A stretch of DNA of 64,000 bases from Christensenellaceae bacterium (GCA_045594285.1 JAZNYF010000006.1:177588-241587), one strand, 5' to 3'. Counted from the stretch's first letter, positions 54,810 through 64,000 are shown. Notes: generated by a model not told the origin, from the sequence alone. A program made the numbers and translations.

Positions 54810-55973
54810 TTAATTATCACCGTTCCAAGAAACGATTGCGTCGTTAGTACCTTTCCAGTTGGCGTGCCAAGTAGTAGGCATTTGAGTGTGTTCCAAAACA
54901 ATATCTTCTAAGTTTACACAGCCGTCGAAAACGTTTTCGCCAACCTTTTTAACGCTACTAGCAATCTCTACGTCAGTAAGGAATAAACAATTACTGAATG
55001 CACCAACGCTAATTGAAGTGATGTTTGCGGGAATTTCTAATTTTTCAACCGTATTAAAAGCAAAAGCGTAAGGTCCGATAGCAGTTGCCGTCGTTTCAAG
55101 TTTAAAACTATCACAACCAGCAATTATCATATTATTGATATTATCTATCAAACAACCGTTTTCTACGCGGAAATATCCGTTACCCACGTGTGAAGTAATG
55201 TCGATAACTTCATCAAGCGAAGATATTGCTTTGGGGTTAATGATAGAACAGTTATAATCTATTTCTACAAAATGAAGGTCGGTTGACACGGGTTTTGCAA
55301 GGTAAATATAGGGGTTTGCAACCGAACCGAGATAATAAAAGCCGTTCTTTTCAGTATAGGTTAAATATTCACAGTCTTCAAACGCGTCGTGATTAATAAT
55401 TCTACAACGGATATCAATATCAATATTTAAAATTGAACGAGAATTTATTGCGCAAAGATAAAAAAACGGGTTATCTTCGTTACCTAAATATTTTGCATTG
55501 CCGTAAGTGGTATAATTTAAACGAATACAACTTACGAAAGCGCTTTCACCTATTTCAGAAAGCGTTGACGGAATACGCGCTTTTTCCATTTTAGTACAGT
55601 CGTAAAAAGCACGCGCGCCGATAGTTTTAACGCCGTCTGCAATATTTAATACCTTAATACCCTTTTCGCCCTTAAACGCACCTTCCTTAATATCGGTTAC
55701 GGGAAGATTTTCATGCGTTGCAGGAATATAGAGTTCAGTTAAGTCAGTTGCAGTGCCCTTGCCAAGAACGATATACCCCGTTCCAAATTCGTTTAATGCG
55801 TACTCTAAGCCTTCCGTATAATAATCACATCCGCAGAGCGTGCAAACGTAATTTTCATAAACGTGCTCGCACTTCTTTTCAGCAGTTTCATTACAATCAC
55901 ACGCGGTGAAAAGTGAAAATGCCATAAGAGTGCTTAAACATAACGCTAAAATTTTAACTAAGTTCTTTTTCAT
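54810..55973 (-). CDS. BspA-type LRR lipoprotein, paralog G (387 aa, more repeats)
   Basis: Lipobox FTAC|D, CEHVYENYVCTLCG, many LRR_5-like units (IGARAF, IGESAF, INHDAF, IGPYAFAF, VGAFSNC, VGENVFDGC); ends AIVSWNGDN. Only 17 nt separate its stop from the paralog F start, so the two are probably co-transcribed. Confidence 0.75.
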   Translation of the reverse strand: MKKNLVKILALCLSTLMAFSLFTACDCNETAEKKCEHVYENYVCTLCGCDYYTEGLEYALNEFGTGYIVLGKGTATDLTELYIPATHENLPVTDIKEGAFKGEKGIKVLNIADGVKTIGARAFYDCTKMEKARIPSTLSEIGESAFVSCIRLNYTTYGNAKYLGNEDNPFFYLCAINSRSILNIDIDIRCRIINHDAFEDCEYLTYTEKNGFYYLGSVANPYIYLAKPVSTDLHFVEIDYNCSIINPKAISSLDEVIDITSHVGNGYFRVENGCLIDNINNMIIAGCDSFKLETTATAIGPYAFAFNTVEKLEIPANITSISVGAFSNCLFLTDVEIASSVKKVGENVFDGCVNLEDIVLEHTQMPTTWHANWKGTNDAIVSWNGDN

Positions 55974-56083
55974 ATATTATTACCCTTATAGTTAATCTAC
56001 TATATAATAACACTTTTTCCGTAAAAAATCAAGTGTATTTTAGCACAGTTTATACACCTTTATACTATGTAACTTTTTCCAAC

Positions 56084-56117
56084 AAAAAAAAGTCGGCTCA
56101 CATACCGACTTTTTTTC
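56084..56117. terminator. Bidirectional terminator (ends the oxidative-stress operon)
   Basis: AGTCGG-CTCACATA-CCGACT flanked by A8 and T7. Confidence 0.7.
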
Positions 56118-56141
56118 TTTTTTATATGTTAAGGAAAAACT

Positions 56142-56339
56142 TTAACCCATCAAAACTTCACTTATTACGTCCAATACTTTTTGATAACATCCGCCGCATC
56201 CAGTGGTGCAGTGGGTAACGTTTTGAACGTCTTTGAAAACCTTTTCAACGTCTTCAAGTTTAGTGTGGGTTTCTAATGCTGTTGCTATATCGTGATAAGT
56301 AACTTTTGCACAATTGCAAACGGTGTAATTTTCTTTCAT
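56142..56339 (-). CDS. BFD-like [2Fe-2S]-binding domain protein
   Basis: 65 aa with a CNC....C..GCGGC cysteine pattern (VCNCAKV..HCTTGCGGC). Confidence 0.7.
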   Translation of the reverse strand: MKENYTVCNCAKVTYHDIATALETHTKLEDVEKVFKDVQNVTHCTTGCGGCYQKVLDVISEVLMG

Positions 56340-56350
56340 ATCTTCACCTA

Positions 56351-56485
56351 TTAATCTTCTTTTTCAAATTCGTCTTTGCCTACTCCGCATAAGGGACAAG
56401 CATAATCTTCAGGAAGTGCGTCAAACTTTACGCCTTCTGCTTCTTCATCGTAAACGTATCCGCAAACTTTACAAACGTATTTCAT
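56351..56485 (-). CDS. Rubredoxin (44 aa; below the ORF-track length cut-off)
   Basis: My own translation gives [44 protein letters not shown]. It has two CxxCG knuckles, RBS GGAGAG 6 nt upstream, and a stop at 56351-56353. Confidence 0.85.
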   Translation of the reverse strand: MKYVCKVCGYVYDEEAEGVKFDALPEDYACPLCGVGKDEFEKED

Positions 56486-56500
56486 TTTTCGCTCTCCAAA

Positions 56501-57043
56501 TTACTTAAAATATCTCTTTAACAAGCCTTCGAACGCTTTGCCGTGGCGTGCTTCGTCTCTTGCCATTTCGTGAACGGTGTCGTGAATAGCGTCAAGATTG
56601 AGTTCTTTTGCCTTTTTAGCAAGTTCAAACTTACCAGCAGTTGCGCCGTTTTCAGCGTCGATACGCATTTCTAAGTTCTTTTTGGTAGAATCGGTTACAA
56701 CTTCGCCTAAAAGTTCAGCGAATTTTGCTGCGTGTTCCGCTTCTTCATAAGCAGCCTTTTCCCAGTAAAGACCGATTTCAGGATAACCTTCACGGTGAGC
56801 AACTCTTGCCATAGCAAGGTACATACCAACTTCGGTGCATTCGCCTTGGAAGTTCATGCGAAGTCCTTCGATAATTTCAGGGTCAACGCCTTGTGCAACG
56901 CCTACAACGTGTTCAGCCGCCCATGCGCGCTCTGCTGCTTGTTCTTTAAACTTAGTAGCAGGTGCCATGCAAGTGGGGCATCTTTCGGGAGCAGCGTCCC
57001 CTTCGTGTACGTAACCGCAAATTGTGCAAACAAATTTTTTCAT
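56501..57043 (-). CDS. Reverse rubrerythrin (N-terminal rubredoxin-like domain plus C-terminal diiron ferritin-like domain)
   Basis: [14 protein letters not shown] at the N-terminus, followed by ExxH diiron motifs ([21 protein letters not shown]). Confidence 0.85.
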   Translation of the reverse strand: MKKFVCTICGYVHEGDAAPERCPTCMAPATKFKEQAAERAWAAEHVVGVAQGVDPEIIEGLRMNFQGECTEVGMYLAMARVAHREGYPEIGLYWEKAAYEEAEHAAKFAELLGEVVTDSTKKNLEMRIDAENGATAGKFELAKKAKELNLDAIHDTVHEMARDEARHGKAFEGLLKRYFK

Positions 57044-57153
57044 AACAAATCTCCTTTTGGCTTTTATTGCCTTATAATTTTTAATTTTATTTTTTACCCT
57101 TTCGGGCTAATTCAACTTTTTGTTAAAGTGTGTAGAAGCAAGTTATACGCACT

Positions 57154-57516
57154 TTATATGCATTTAGTGCATTTTCCGTAGTAGATACACTTCTCACCCG
57201 TTACTTTTAAGCCTATCTCTTTAATTTCTTTGGGAGTTTCGGCGGGCTTAAATAAATCGATTATCGCTCCGCAGTCGCTACAAATAAAGTGCGAGTGGCG
57301 AGAAGTATCTCCATCGTAGTGAAGGCGCTTATCTTCAGTTTCTAAAGTAATAATATCGCCTTCGTCCGCAAGAAGTTTAAGGTTTCTATAAACCGTGCCT
57401 AAACTGATGTTGGGCTCAATCTCTCTTGCGCTGTTATAAATCATATCGGCTGTGGGATGATCACATCTGCCTTTTATAATGTCGTATATAATTTCTCTTT
57501 GCCTTGAGTAACGCAT
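57154..57516 (-). CDS. Fur family regulator, PerR-like
   Basis: 120 aa with a winged HTH (RQREIIYDII..LGTVYRNLKLL), a HSHFICSDCG motif and a C-terminal CTKC. Confidence 0.75.
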   Translation of the reverse strand: MRYSRQREIIYDIIKGRCDHPTADMIYNSAREIEPNISLGTVYRNLKLLADEGDIITLETEDKRLHYDGDTSRHSHFICSDCGAIIDLFKPAETPKEIKEIGLKVTGEKCIYYGKCTKCI

Positions 57517-57547
57517 TAGCCTTAAACCTCCTTTGAAAATCGTTATC

Positions 57548-57595
57548 AGTAATGATTACTATTATTAGTATAATCGATAAGTCCTTATTTGTCAA
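57548..57595 (-). promoter_or_regulatory. perR operon promoter with a Fur/PerR-box-like palindrome
   Basis: Minus-strand TTGACA (57595-57590), 17 nt, TATACT (57572-57567). This is followed by AGTAAT-C-ATTACT (57560-57548), a 6-1-6 palindrome resembling the 7-1-7 Fur/PerR box. Confidence 0.5.
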
Positions 57596-57642
57596 GAGTT
57601 TTTTAAAAATTTTTTAAACTTTTTTAATTTTTTTTATACCAA

Positions 57643-57674
57643 CAAAAAAACGACAGCAAAACACTGTCGTTTTC
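57643..57674. terminator. Terminator after nadE
   Basis: ACGACAG-CAAAACA-CTGTCGT with flanking A/T runs. Confidence 0.7.
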
Positions 57675-57703
57675 TTTCTATATATATTATATATAATGTT
57701 TTT

Positions 57704-59602
57704 TTAGTCCAAATTTTCAAGTTCGTCTAACCAAAGTTTGCTTACAGCGTCGCTGGGCATACGCCAACTTCCACGCGGAGAAAGTGAAATTTCGGTTACC
57801 TTTACGCCGTCAGGTAGACATGAGCGCTTAAATTGTTGCATAAAAAATCTTCTAACGAAAGTTTTAAGCCACTTTAAGATCGTTTGCTTATCAAATTCGC
57901 CGCTGAAGGTGTTTACTGCCGCATAATAGGTTTTAGACGGTGTAAATCCCCTTTTAACAATATTATACAAGAAGAAGTCGTGCAAAGTGTAAGGTCCAAC
58001 GATGTCTTCGGTTACTTGACCTATGGTGTCGTCTTTAGACGGTATGAGTTCAGGGCTTACGGGTGTATCTAAAATATCTTTCAACACAGCCTTAAACTTA
58101 CCCTTTCCGTTGTTTGCAGTAAAATCTACTAAATGGCGAACGAGTGTTTTGGGAATAGAGCCGTTTACTGCATACATGCTCATATGGTCGCCGTTATAAG
58201 TTGCCCAACCGAGCGCGAGTTCCGATAGGTCGCCCGTGCCCACTACGATGCCGTTACAAGAGTTTGCATAGTCCATCAAAACTTGTGTGCGCTCTCTCGC
58301 TTGTGAGTTTTCATAAGCAGCGTCGTGCAAATCTTCGGGGTGAGAAATGTCTTTTAAGTGGCGTTTAACCGCTTTCGTAATCTCTATCTTTTTCAAGGTT
58401 GCACCAAACGCTTTTGATAATGTTACGCTGTTATCGAAAGTTCTTGAACTCGTGCCGAAACACGGCATAGTTATTGCTATTATATCCTTACTTGACTTAC
58501 CTAAAAGTTGCATAGTTTTAGATGCTATGATAAGCGCAAGCGTTGAGTCTAACCCGCCCGATATACCTATAACAACTTTTTCAGCGTGGATGTGTTCCAT
58601 GCGCTTTTTTAAGCCTTGTGCCGCAATCTCGATTAAAAATTCTTCTTCACCCTGCTTTATAAATGGGAATTTTTCATAAACGCGGGTAAATTTATCCGAT
58701 AACTCAATTGAAAAACCTACGAAATACGGCTCGGTTTTTATTTTAGATAAATCTTGGTTAAAAATCTTTGCGCGTTCAAATTCTATGCTTGATAAATCGA
58801 TTTCCGCCGTGCATAATTTGTTTTCAAAAGGTTTTCTTTGTGAAAGCATATCGCCGTTTTCACAAATTACGCCTTGACCTGAAAACACCATGTCAGTAGT
58901 AGATTCGCCGTAGCCCGCGTTTGCAAACACGTAAGCGCATACGGCTTTTTTAGATTGCGCTTTGATTGCTTCTACTCTTTGCTCTGCCGCACCAGAAAAT
59001 TCCGCAAGCGCTGATAAATTAACCACGATATTTGCGCCGTTTACCGCGTGCGTAACCGTGGGTGCTGATAAAGAAGTTAAATCATCGCCAAACTCAACTG
59101 CAATCTTAACCTTTTGATCGGCAAAAATAATGCTTTTGCCAAAAGGAATAATATCTTCTTCACTTTCAATGCGGTCAAGACTAACAAAACAAACGCCAGA
59201 GTTTTCGGTCGCAAAATATCTTTTTTGATTAACCGCGTCGCTATCAGGCATATAAGTTTTAGGAACTAACCCCAAAATAGTGCCGTCCGCTATCCCAGCG
59301 CAAACGTTATAAATAAGCCCGTCGTTTTTAAAAGGCAAACCAACGAAAACTATAATATTTTTGCCTTGAGTTGCCGCAGCAATTTCTTTTAGACCAGCCT
59401 TTGCACTATCGAGCAAAGTGTCCGAATAAAACAAGTCCCCCACGGTTGACCCCGTGATGGAAAGTTCTGGAAAAACTAGTACTTGTACGCCTTGTTTTTC
59501 CGCTTCGCATACAGTGTCAATAATTTGTTTAGTGTTAAAATTTACGTCGGCAACCTTAATTTCGGGCGAAAAAGCGCCAACCTTAACAAAACTAAAATTC
59601 AT
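57704..59602 (-). CDS. nadE: Glutamine-dependent NAD+ synthetase
   Basis: N-terminal nitrilase (CN hydrolase) domain plus a C-terminal synthetase domain with the SGGLDS PP-loop. Start trimmed to the ATG at 59600-59602 (MNFSFVKVGA), after AAGGAGA. Confidence 0.85.
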   Translation of the reverse strand: MNFSFVKVGAFSPEIKVADVNFNTKQIIDTVCEAEKQGVQVLVFPELSITGSTVGDLFYSDTLLDSAKAGLKEIAAATQGKNIIVFVGLPFKNDGLIYNVCAGIADGTILGLVPKTYMPDSDAVNQKRYFATENSGVCFVSLDRIESEEDIIPFGKSIIFADQKVKIAVEFGDDLTSLSAPTVTHAVNGANIVVNLSALAEFSGAAEQRVEAIKAQSKKAVCAYVFANAGYGESTTDMVFSGQGVICENGDMLSQRKPFENKLCTAEIDLSSIEFERAKIFNQDLSKIKTEPYFVGFSIELSDKFTRVYEKFPFIKQGEEEFLIEIAAQGLKKRMEHIHAEKVVIGISGGLDSTLALIIASKTMQLLGKSSKDIIAITMPCFGTSSRTFDNSVTLSKAFGATLKKIEITKAVKRHLKDISHPEDLHDAAYENSQARERTQVLMDYANSCNGIVVGTGDLSELALGWATYNGDHMSMYAVNGSIPKTLVRHLVDFTANNGKGKFKAVLKDILDTPVSPELIPSKDDTIGQVTEDIVGPYTLHDFFLYNIVKRGFTPSKTYYAAVNTFSGEFDKQTILKWLKTFVRRFFMQQFKRSCLPDGVKVTEISLSPRGSWRMPSDAVSKLWLDELENLD

Positions 59603-59746
59603 CGTTTTTCTCCTTTTTTGTAAAAACAGCCTTTTAACAATTCTTATTTTATCACTATTTTGCGCATTTTGCAATAATTTTACAAAACAAAAAACGGCAA
59701 TTTTTACATTTTTTGCAAAAATCACCGTTTTTATATTCTTTAATTA

Positions 59747-60760
59747 TTATTCGCCGTAACCAGACGGATTTTTAACTTGCCAACGCAAAGCGTCAGCGCA
59801 CATATCATCCAAATTCTTTTCCGCCTTAAAGCCTAAAACTTCATAAGCGTAAGACGGGTCGGCATAACACTCGTCAATATCGCCAGGGCGGCGCGGCATA
59901 ATTTTATAAGGGATAGGTTTACCAGCAGCCTTTTCAAACGCTTTAACCATTTCAAGCACGCTATATCCCTTACCCGTGCCAAGGTTTACTATCAATAAAC
60001 CAGGGTTTTCTTTAAGTTTATCAACCGCAAGTACGTGTCCTTTAGCAAGGTCTACCACGTGGATATAATCTCTTACGCCAGTACCGTCGGGCGTTGCGTA
60101 ATCGTTACCGAAAACGCCCAAATGTTCACGCTTACCAACCGCAACTTGAGTGATATACGGACATAAGTTGTTGGGGATACCTTTGGGGTCTTCCCCGATT
60201 AAGCCCGATTCGTGCGCTCCAACTGGGTTAAAATATCTAAGAATTGCAATATTGAAAGAATTATCCGCAGCGTAAAGGTCTTTTAAGATGTACTCTATAA
60301 AGAGTTTAGTGCTGCCGTAAGGGTTAGAAGTAGAAAGCGGAAAATCTTCTTTGATAGGAACGCTCTTGGGCTTGCCGTAAACGGTTGCAGAAGATGAGAA
60401 AACAAGGTTTTTCACCCCGTGATCACGCATAGCAAACGCCAAAGAGAGCATTCCTTGAATATTGTTATCGTAATACTCTAATGGTTTTGCGCAACTTTCG
60501 CCAACCGCTTTATAACCCGCAAAGTTGATAACCGCGTCAATTTTGTTTTCAGTAAAAATTTTATCTAAAATCTCTCTATCACGAACGTCGCCTTGATAAA
60601 ACTTAACCGTTTTGCCAGTAATTTTTTCCACGCGTTTAACCGCTTCTAACTTGCTGTTAGAAAGATTGTCCACACAAACAACACTGTGTCCCGCGTTTAA
60701 TAGTTCGACTGAAGTGTGTGAGCCGATATAGCCCGCACCGCCAGTAACTAATACGTTCAT
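59747..60760 (-). CDS. galE: UDP-glucose 4-epimerase
   Basis: MNVLVTGGAGYIGSHT and the YGSTK catalytic motif; 337 aa. Confidence 0.9.
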   Translation of the reverse strand: MNVLVTGGAGYIGSHTSVELLNAGHSVVCVDNLSNSKLEAVKRVEKITGKTVKFYQGDVRDREILDKIFTENKIDAVINFAGYKAVGESCAKPLEYYDNNIQGMLSLAFAMRDHGVKNLVFSSSATVYGKPKSVPIKEDFPLSTSNPYGSTKLFIEYILKDLYAADNSFNIAILRYFNPVGAHESGLIGEDPKGIPNNLCPYITQVAVGKREHLGVFGNDYATPDGTGVRDYIHVVDLAKGHVLAVDKLKENPGLLIVNLGTGKGYSVLEMVKAFEKAAGKPIPYKIMPRRPGDIDECYADPSYAYEVLGFKAEKNLDDMCADALRWQVKNPSGYGE

Positions 60761-60761
60761 A

Positions 60762-61580
60762 TTATTCCCCTTTTACGATTTTTTTGTAAGCGTCAAAGTA
60801 TCTATTGCCTAAAATATAAATTGATTCTCTATTAAAATGGAAATGTTCTTTTCCGTTAATAACTTCGTTGCTCAAAAGGTCGTTGCCTTGACAAAATTCG
60901 CCTTTACCTAAATCTTTTGCAACGTCCGCTTGCGCCTTTTCCGTAATGGCTGCGCGCGGATTTCTTTCAGACCACTCTTTTACGTAACCGCCGCAAACGA
61001 AAGGCATTTCACCAAACCTTGCGCGAACGTCTTTAACGAGCGTTGAAACGTTTTTATAATGCACGTCGTAAAGTTCTTCTTCAGTATAGTTTGAACTTCT
61101 ATTAGTATCAAGTTCCCCTTGGTGCCAAAGGAGAGCAACAACCCTATTTTCAGGATTCATCATAAGCGCGCTTTCAACCATATCCACCATACGAACGTAA
61201 AGTCCACCGTCAAGCGTCCAGTGTTTAGAGCAAAAACCCGTACCGCCACGAGCAGTGTCAACGATTAAAACTTTTCTGCCTTCTTCTAAGAATTCTTCCT
61301 TATAGCGCTTTGCAAACGGAAGGGCTAAAACGCCGCGGCGATAGCCTTCAGCGTGTCTTTCGTCAGCAAAATCAATTTTATATTCGGCTGAATAGCGAAG
61401 TTTTGAAGCGTCGCGTTCAAATTCGTTACCATCGTCGCGAAGGAACGAACCCTTCATCATCATCAAGTCAGCGTCAACTGACCAAAGCATAGTAGTAGGT
61501 CCTATTCCGCAACCAGATGCGTTAGATTGACCTGCTAAAATGATAATATCGTACTTGTCGTTAGTAGGGTTTACAATCAT
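60762..61580 (-). CDS. SGNH/DUF303-type carbohydrate esterase (sialate O-acetylesterase-like)
   Basis: IIILAGQSNASGCG matches the GQSNMxG motif of the SASA/DUF303 family, with LWHQGE downstream. Confidence 0.6.
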   Translation of the reverse strand: MIVNPTNDKYDIIILAGQSNASGCGIGPTTMLWSVDADLMMMKGSFLRDDGNEFERDASKLRYSAEYKIDFADERHAEGYRRGVLALPFAKRYKEEFLEEGRKVLIVDTARGGTGFCSKHWTLDGGLYVRMVDMVESALMMNPENRVVALLWHQGELDTNRSSNYTEEELYDVHYKNVSTLVKDVRARFGEMPFVCGGYVKEWSERNPRAAITEKAQADVAKDLGKGEFCQGNDLLSNEVINGKEHFHFNRESIYILGNRYFDAYKKIVKGE

Positions 61581-61592
61581 AATTTTCTCCTT

Positions 61593-62741
61593 TTATACTC
61601 TATTTTTGTAATAAAAAAAATATCTGCACTCTTTGTTAGAGTTATAAAGTTTTCTATCCCTATCACACTTTTTGCCAAAGTGTCTTTCAAAATTCATTGC
61701 CGAAGTTATAACGAACAGCGACCAGTTATCGAGTTCACGGTAAACTTTGCCAAGCGACTTATAACACTCTTCCGCTTCCTTTCTATCGTAAACGCGCTCG
61801 CCATACGGCGGATTACTTATAATAGTGCCGTTTGATAGGTCGGTTTTGAAGTTCTTTGCGTCGCACACGCAAAATTGAATTTTATCTTTAAGCCCCGCTC
61901 TTTCCGCGTGGTGCTGGGCGAGTTTAATAGCCTTTGGATCTATATCCGATGCCATAAAATCTAACTTACGGTCGCGTTTTTCTTTGTCCTTTGCTTCGCT
62001 AAACGCTTGGTCGTAGAGTTTTTGGTCGAAGTTTACCCAGTCGTTAAACGCAAACTTTCTACCCACGCCACCCGCAATATCAAGCGCAATTCTTGCCGCT
62101 TCGATGGCGATTGTACCCGAACCACAAAAAAGGTCTGCAAACGGGCGTTCTCTATAAAAATCACTGAGAAGCACCAGCGCGGATGCAAGCGTTTCTTTAA
62201 TGGGCGCAATCCCCACCATATCACGATAACCGCGCTTATGAAGCCCCGCACCACTAGTGTTGATATTGAGCGTTACTTGGTCTTTAAAAATTGAAAACTC
62301 TAAGTGATATTCCGCGCCGTTTTCATAAAGCCTATTCAAGCCGTACTTAGCGCAAAGCCTATCAACAATTGCCTTTTTTATAATGCTTTGGCAAGAAGAA
62401 ATTGCAAAAAGTTTACTCTTAACACACTTGCCGTTTACGGTTACGCGTGCGTTTTCTGGAAAATAATCTTCCCACCTAATAGATTTAACACCTTCGTAAA
62501 GGGTGTCGAAATCTTCCGCACCGAATTCACCAACTGTAATATATACCCTATCCGCCGTGCGCAAAAAAATATTTAGGCGGGCGATATCTAAAGGCGAGCC
62601 GCTGAGTTTAAGCGCACCGTTTACAGCGGGGGCGTCTTCGTACCCTAAGCGTTTAAGTTCGCTCTTAAGCACCTTTTCCACGCCAGACGCGCAAGTTAGA
62701 CTAATATTAAGTTCGTTGGGAAGAAGATAAGTTTTGTTCAT
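61593..62741 (-). CDS. THUMP-domain class I SAM-dependent RNA methyltransferase (RlmL/YpsC-like)
   Basis: 382 aa with DLFCGSGTIAIEAA (SAM motif I) and the SNPPYGER catalytic motif. Confidence 0.8.
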   Translation of the reverse strand: MNKTYLLPNELNISLTCASGVEKVLKSELKRLGYEDAPAVNGALKLSGSPLDIARLNIFLRTADRVYITVGEFGAEDFDTLYEGVKSIRWEDYFPENARVTVNGKCVKSKLFAISSCQSIIKKAIVDRLCAKYGLNRLYENGAEYHLEFSIFKDQVTLNINTSGAGLHKRGYRDMVGIAPIKETLASALVLLSDFYRERPFADLFCGSGTIAIEAARIALDIAGGVGRKFAFNDWVNFDQKLYDQAFSEAKDKEKRDRKLDFMASDIDPKAIKLAQHHAERAGLKDKIQFCVCDAKNFKTDLSNGTIISNPPYGERVYDRKEAEECYKSLGKVYRELDNWSLFVITSAMNFERHFGKKCDRDRKLYNSNKECRYFFYYKNRV

Positions 62742-62893
62742 TACCCTTTTATTTTAAACAATTCTGCGCATAATTGCAAGCGATTTGTTAAGATTAAATT
62801 ATAATTTATATAATTAAATTTGTATAAACACACGCGCGCGTATATTTGACAAAAAACAACCTTTTTAGTAAAATAAAATAGGAGAAATTCGTT

Positions 62894-63394
62894 GTGAAAG
62901 ATGTTAAGCAAAAATTAAGCGCGGCAAGATATGCCAAAGATGAAAAATTATTCTATAAATCGGATATTTTTGTATATATCGGTCTTGCCTTAGCGATCGT
63001 TTGTCTTTTTCTTATATTTTTCTTTCCTAAGTCTTGCGCTAAAGATGATTTTTCAACCTTTAGCGTATACAGTGCGGACAAGGTTGTTTTAACCTTTGAC
63101 TGTGAAAGCGACAACCCTTTAAACTTAAGCGAAGATTACGCGCACTTAGTTGAGAGTGAAATTAAAGGCAACGAATATATTATAACCGTGTACACTTCCA
63201 TCGATAAAGTCGGTTTTAATAAAATAGTTTTTAACAAGGCTGAAAACAGCGCAAAGGTTATAGAGAGCACTTGCTCAGCGTCAAAAGACTGCGTTTACGC
63301 GCCTAAACTTACCGCGGCGGGCTCAATCTACTGCGCACCGCATACACTTAAAATAGTTAAAGGCAGCGGACTTACTCCGCCGACGGTGGGCTGA
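62894..63394 (+). CDS. NusG domain II-containing protein (DUF1312)
   Basis: GTG start 8 nt after AGGAGA, N-terminal TM helix, C-terminal ..ESTCSASKDCVY..GSIYCAPHTLKIV pattern. Usual partner of the downstream Gx transporter gene. Confidence 0.6.
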   Translation: MKDVKQKLSAARYAKDEKLFYKSDIFVYIGLALAIVCLFLIFFFPKSCAKDDFSTFSVYSADKVVLTFDCESDNPLNLSEDYAHLVESEIKGNEYIITVYTSIDKVGFNKIVFNKAENSAKVIESTCSASKDCVYAPKLTAAGSIYCAPHTLKIVKGSGLTPPTVG

Positions 63395-63395
63395 T

Positions 63396-63911
63396 ATGAA
63401 AAGTTTGACTTTGAAAAAAATCACCTACACCGCAGTTTTAACCGCACTTGCAACGCTTGCGTTTATGCTAGAGAGCCTTTTCCCCCCGATTATTTTGCCG
63501 GGCGCAAGAATGGGCGTATCTAACGTATTTATTCTAATCTGCACCCTTTTAGTCGGTTATAAATACGGCTTTTGCTGTTTAATACTTAAAATTTTAATAG
63601 GCAGTTTATTTTCAGGCAATATATCTTCTATGATGTATTCACTGCCCGCGGGGCTTGTTTCGCTCGTTATAGAGTGCGTGCTTCTTTTTATAGTAAAAAA
63701 GGTAAGCATACCCGCCGCGTCGGTTGCGGGCGCGGTAATAAACTCTACCGTGCAAAACTTGGTGTTTTGTTTGATTACGGGCGTACCCGAATACCTATAT
63801 TATTTACCCTATCTTAGTTTGATTGCAATTTTATCTGGCTTGGTAATAGGTTTTACAGTATACCTTGCGGTTAAAAAATTACCCAAAAAATTGTTTTTGA
63901 CTACCGCTTAA
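63396..63911 (+). CDS. Gx transporter family protein (Hpre_diP_synt_I-like membrane protein)
   Basis: 171 aa, 5 TM segments, with FMLESLFPPIILPGARMGVSNVFIL typical of the family. Confidence 0.65.
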   Translation: MKSLTLKKITYTAVLTALATLAFMLESLFPPIILPGARMGVSNVFILICTLLVGYKYGFCCLILKILIGSLFSGNISSMMYSLPAGLVSLVIECVLLFIVKKVSIPAASVAGAVINSTVQNLVFCLITGVPEYLYYLPYLSLIAILSGLVIGFTVYLAVKKLPKKLFLTTA

Positions 63912-64000
63912 TACGCGTGCGCACGCGCGCATATCTTAAGATCGTACTAATATCAGTTATTAAACATAAAATTGTGCTTTTATATGATGAGCGCAAAGTG

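Noticed and set aside
49853-55973. Diversity-generating retroelement, invertible promoter (shufflon/fim-like) or slipped-strand phase variation driving lipoprotein variability
   Set aside because: There is no reverse transcriptase and no template/variable repeat pair differing only at adenines. No site-specific recombinase or inverted repeats flank the promoters. Homopolymer tracts at the 5' ends (A7 after the ATG) are short and merely encode Lys-Lys.
1-64000. CRISPR arrays, cas genes, restriction-modification, toxin-antitoxin or other defence-island signatures; transposases or integrases
   Set aside because: No regularly spaced direct repeats were seen. No ORF carries nuclease, helicase, methylase, recombinase or transposase hallmarks. 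The only repeats are the structured intergenic elements and the lipoprotein paralogs.

Overview
This looks like a chromosomal core region of a low-GC Firmicute, probably Clostridia-like. It is densely coded and about 85% of genes are on the minus strand. I found no CRISPR array, transposase, integrase, restriction-modification system or recognisable defence island.

Gene content, left to right:
- dnaE start (truncated by the window edge), whiA, a PHP phosphoesterase and murB.
- The conserved rpsO-pnp-deacetylase-M16 peptidase block.
- hemZ-like radical SAM gene, MBL hydrolase, relA, recJ and secDF.
- tRNA-Gly, an AEC permease and a short-chain chromate transporter pair.
- Two uncharacterised sugar or amino-sugar loci flanking an AraC regulator.
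- A class III ribonucleotide reductase fused to a redoxin domain, followed by an atypical thioredoxin-reductase-like gene.
- tRNA-Ser, a CDF transporter, and the NAD locus (nadA, a fused nadB-nadC, niaR).
- tRNA-Leu, an SLT transglycosylase, dinB and several secreted or membrane-anchored unknowns.
- A seven-gene tandem array of BspA-type LRR lipoproteins.
- A perR-rubrerythrin-rubredoxin-BFD oxidative-stress operon.
- nadE, galE, an esterase, a THUMP methyltransferase and a NusG_II/Gx-transporter pair.

Most unusual observations:
1. A family of structured intergenic repeats sits just 3' of stop codons and shows compensatory stem substitutions.
2. The lipoprotein array is mosaic, with conserved flanks around divergent C-terminal cassettes.
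3. The NrdD-redoxin fusion sits next to a TrxR-like gene whose NADPH motifs are degenerate, and no NrdG is present in the window.
4. A roughly 200-bp module downstream of tRNA-Ser is bounded by copies of the tRNA's own 3' end.
5. A perfect LexA box lies in front of an unknown gene.

All functional calls come from reading motifs in the translations by eye. No database search was run.
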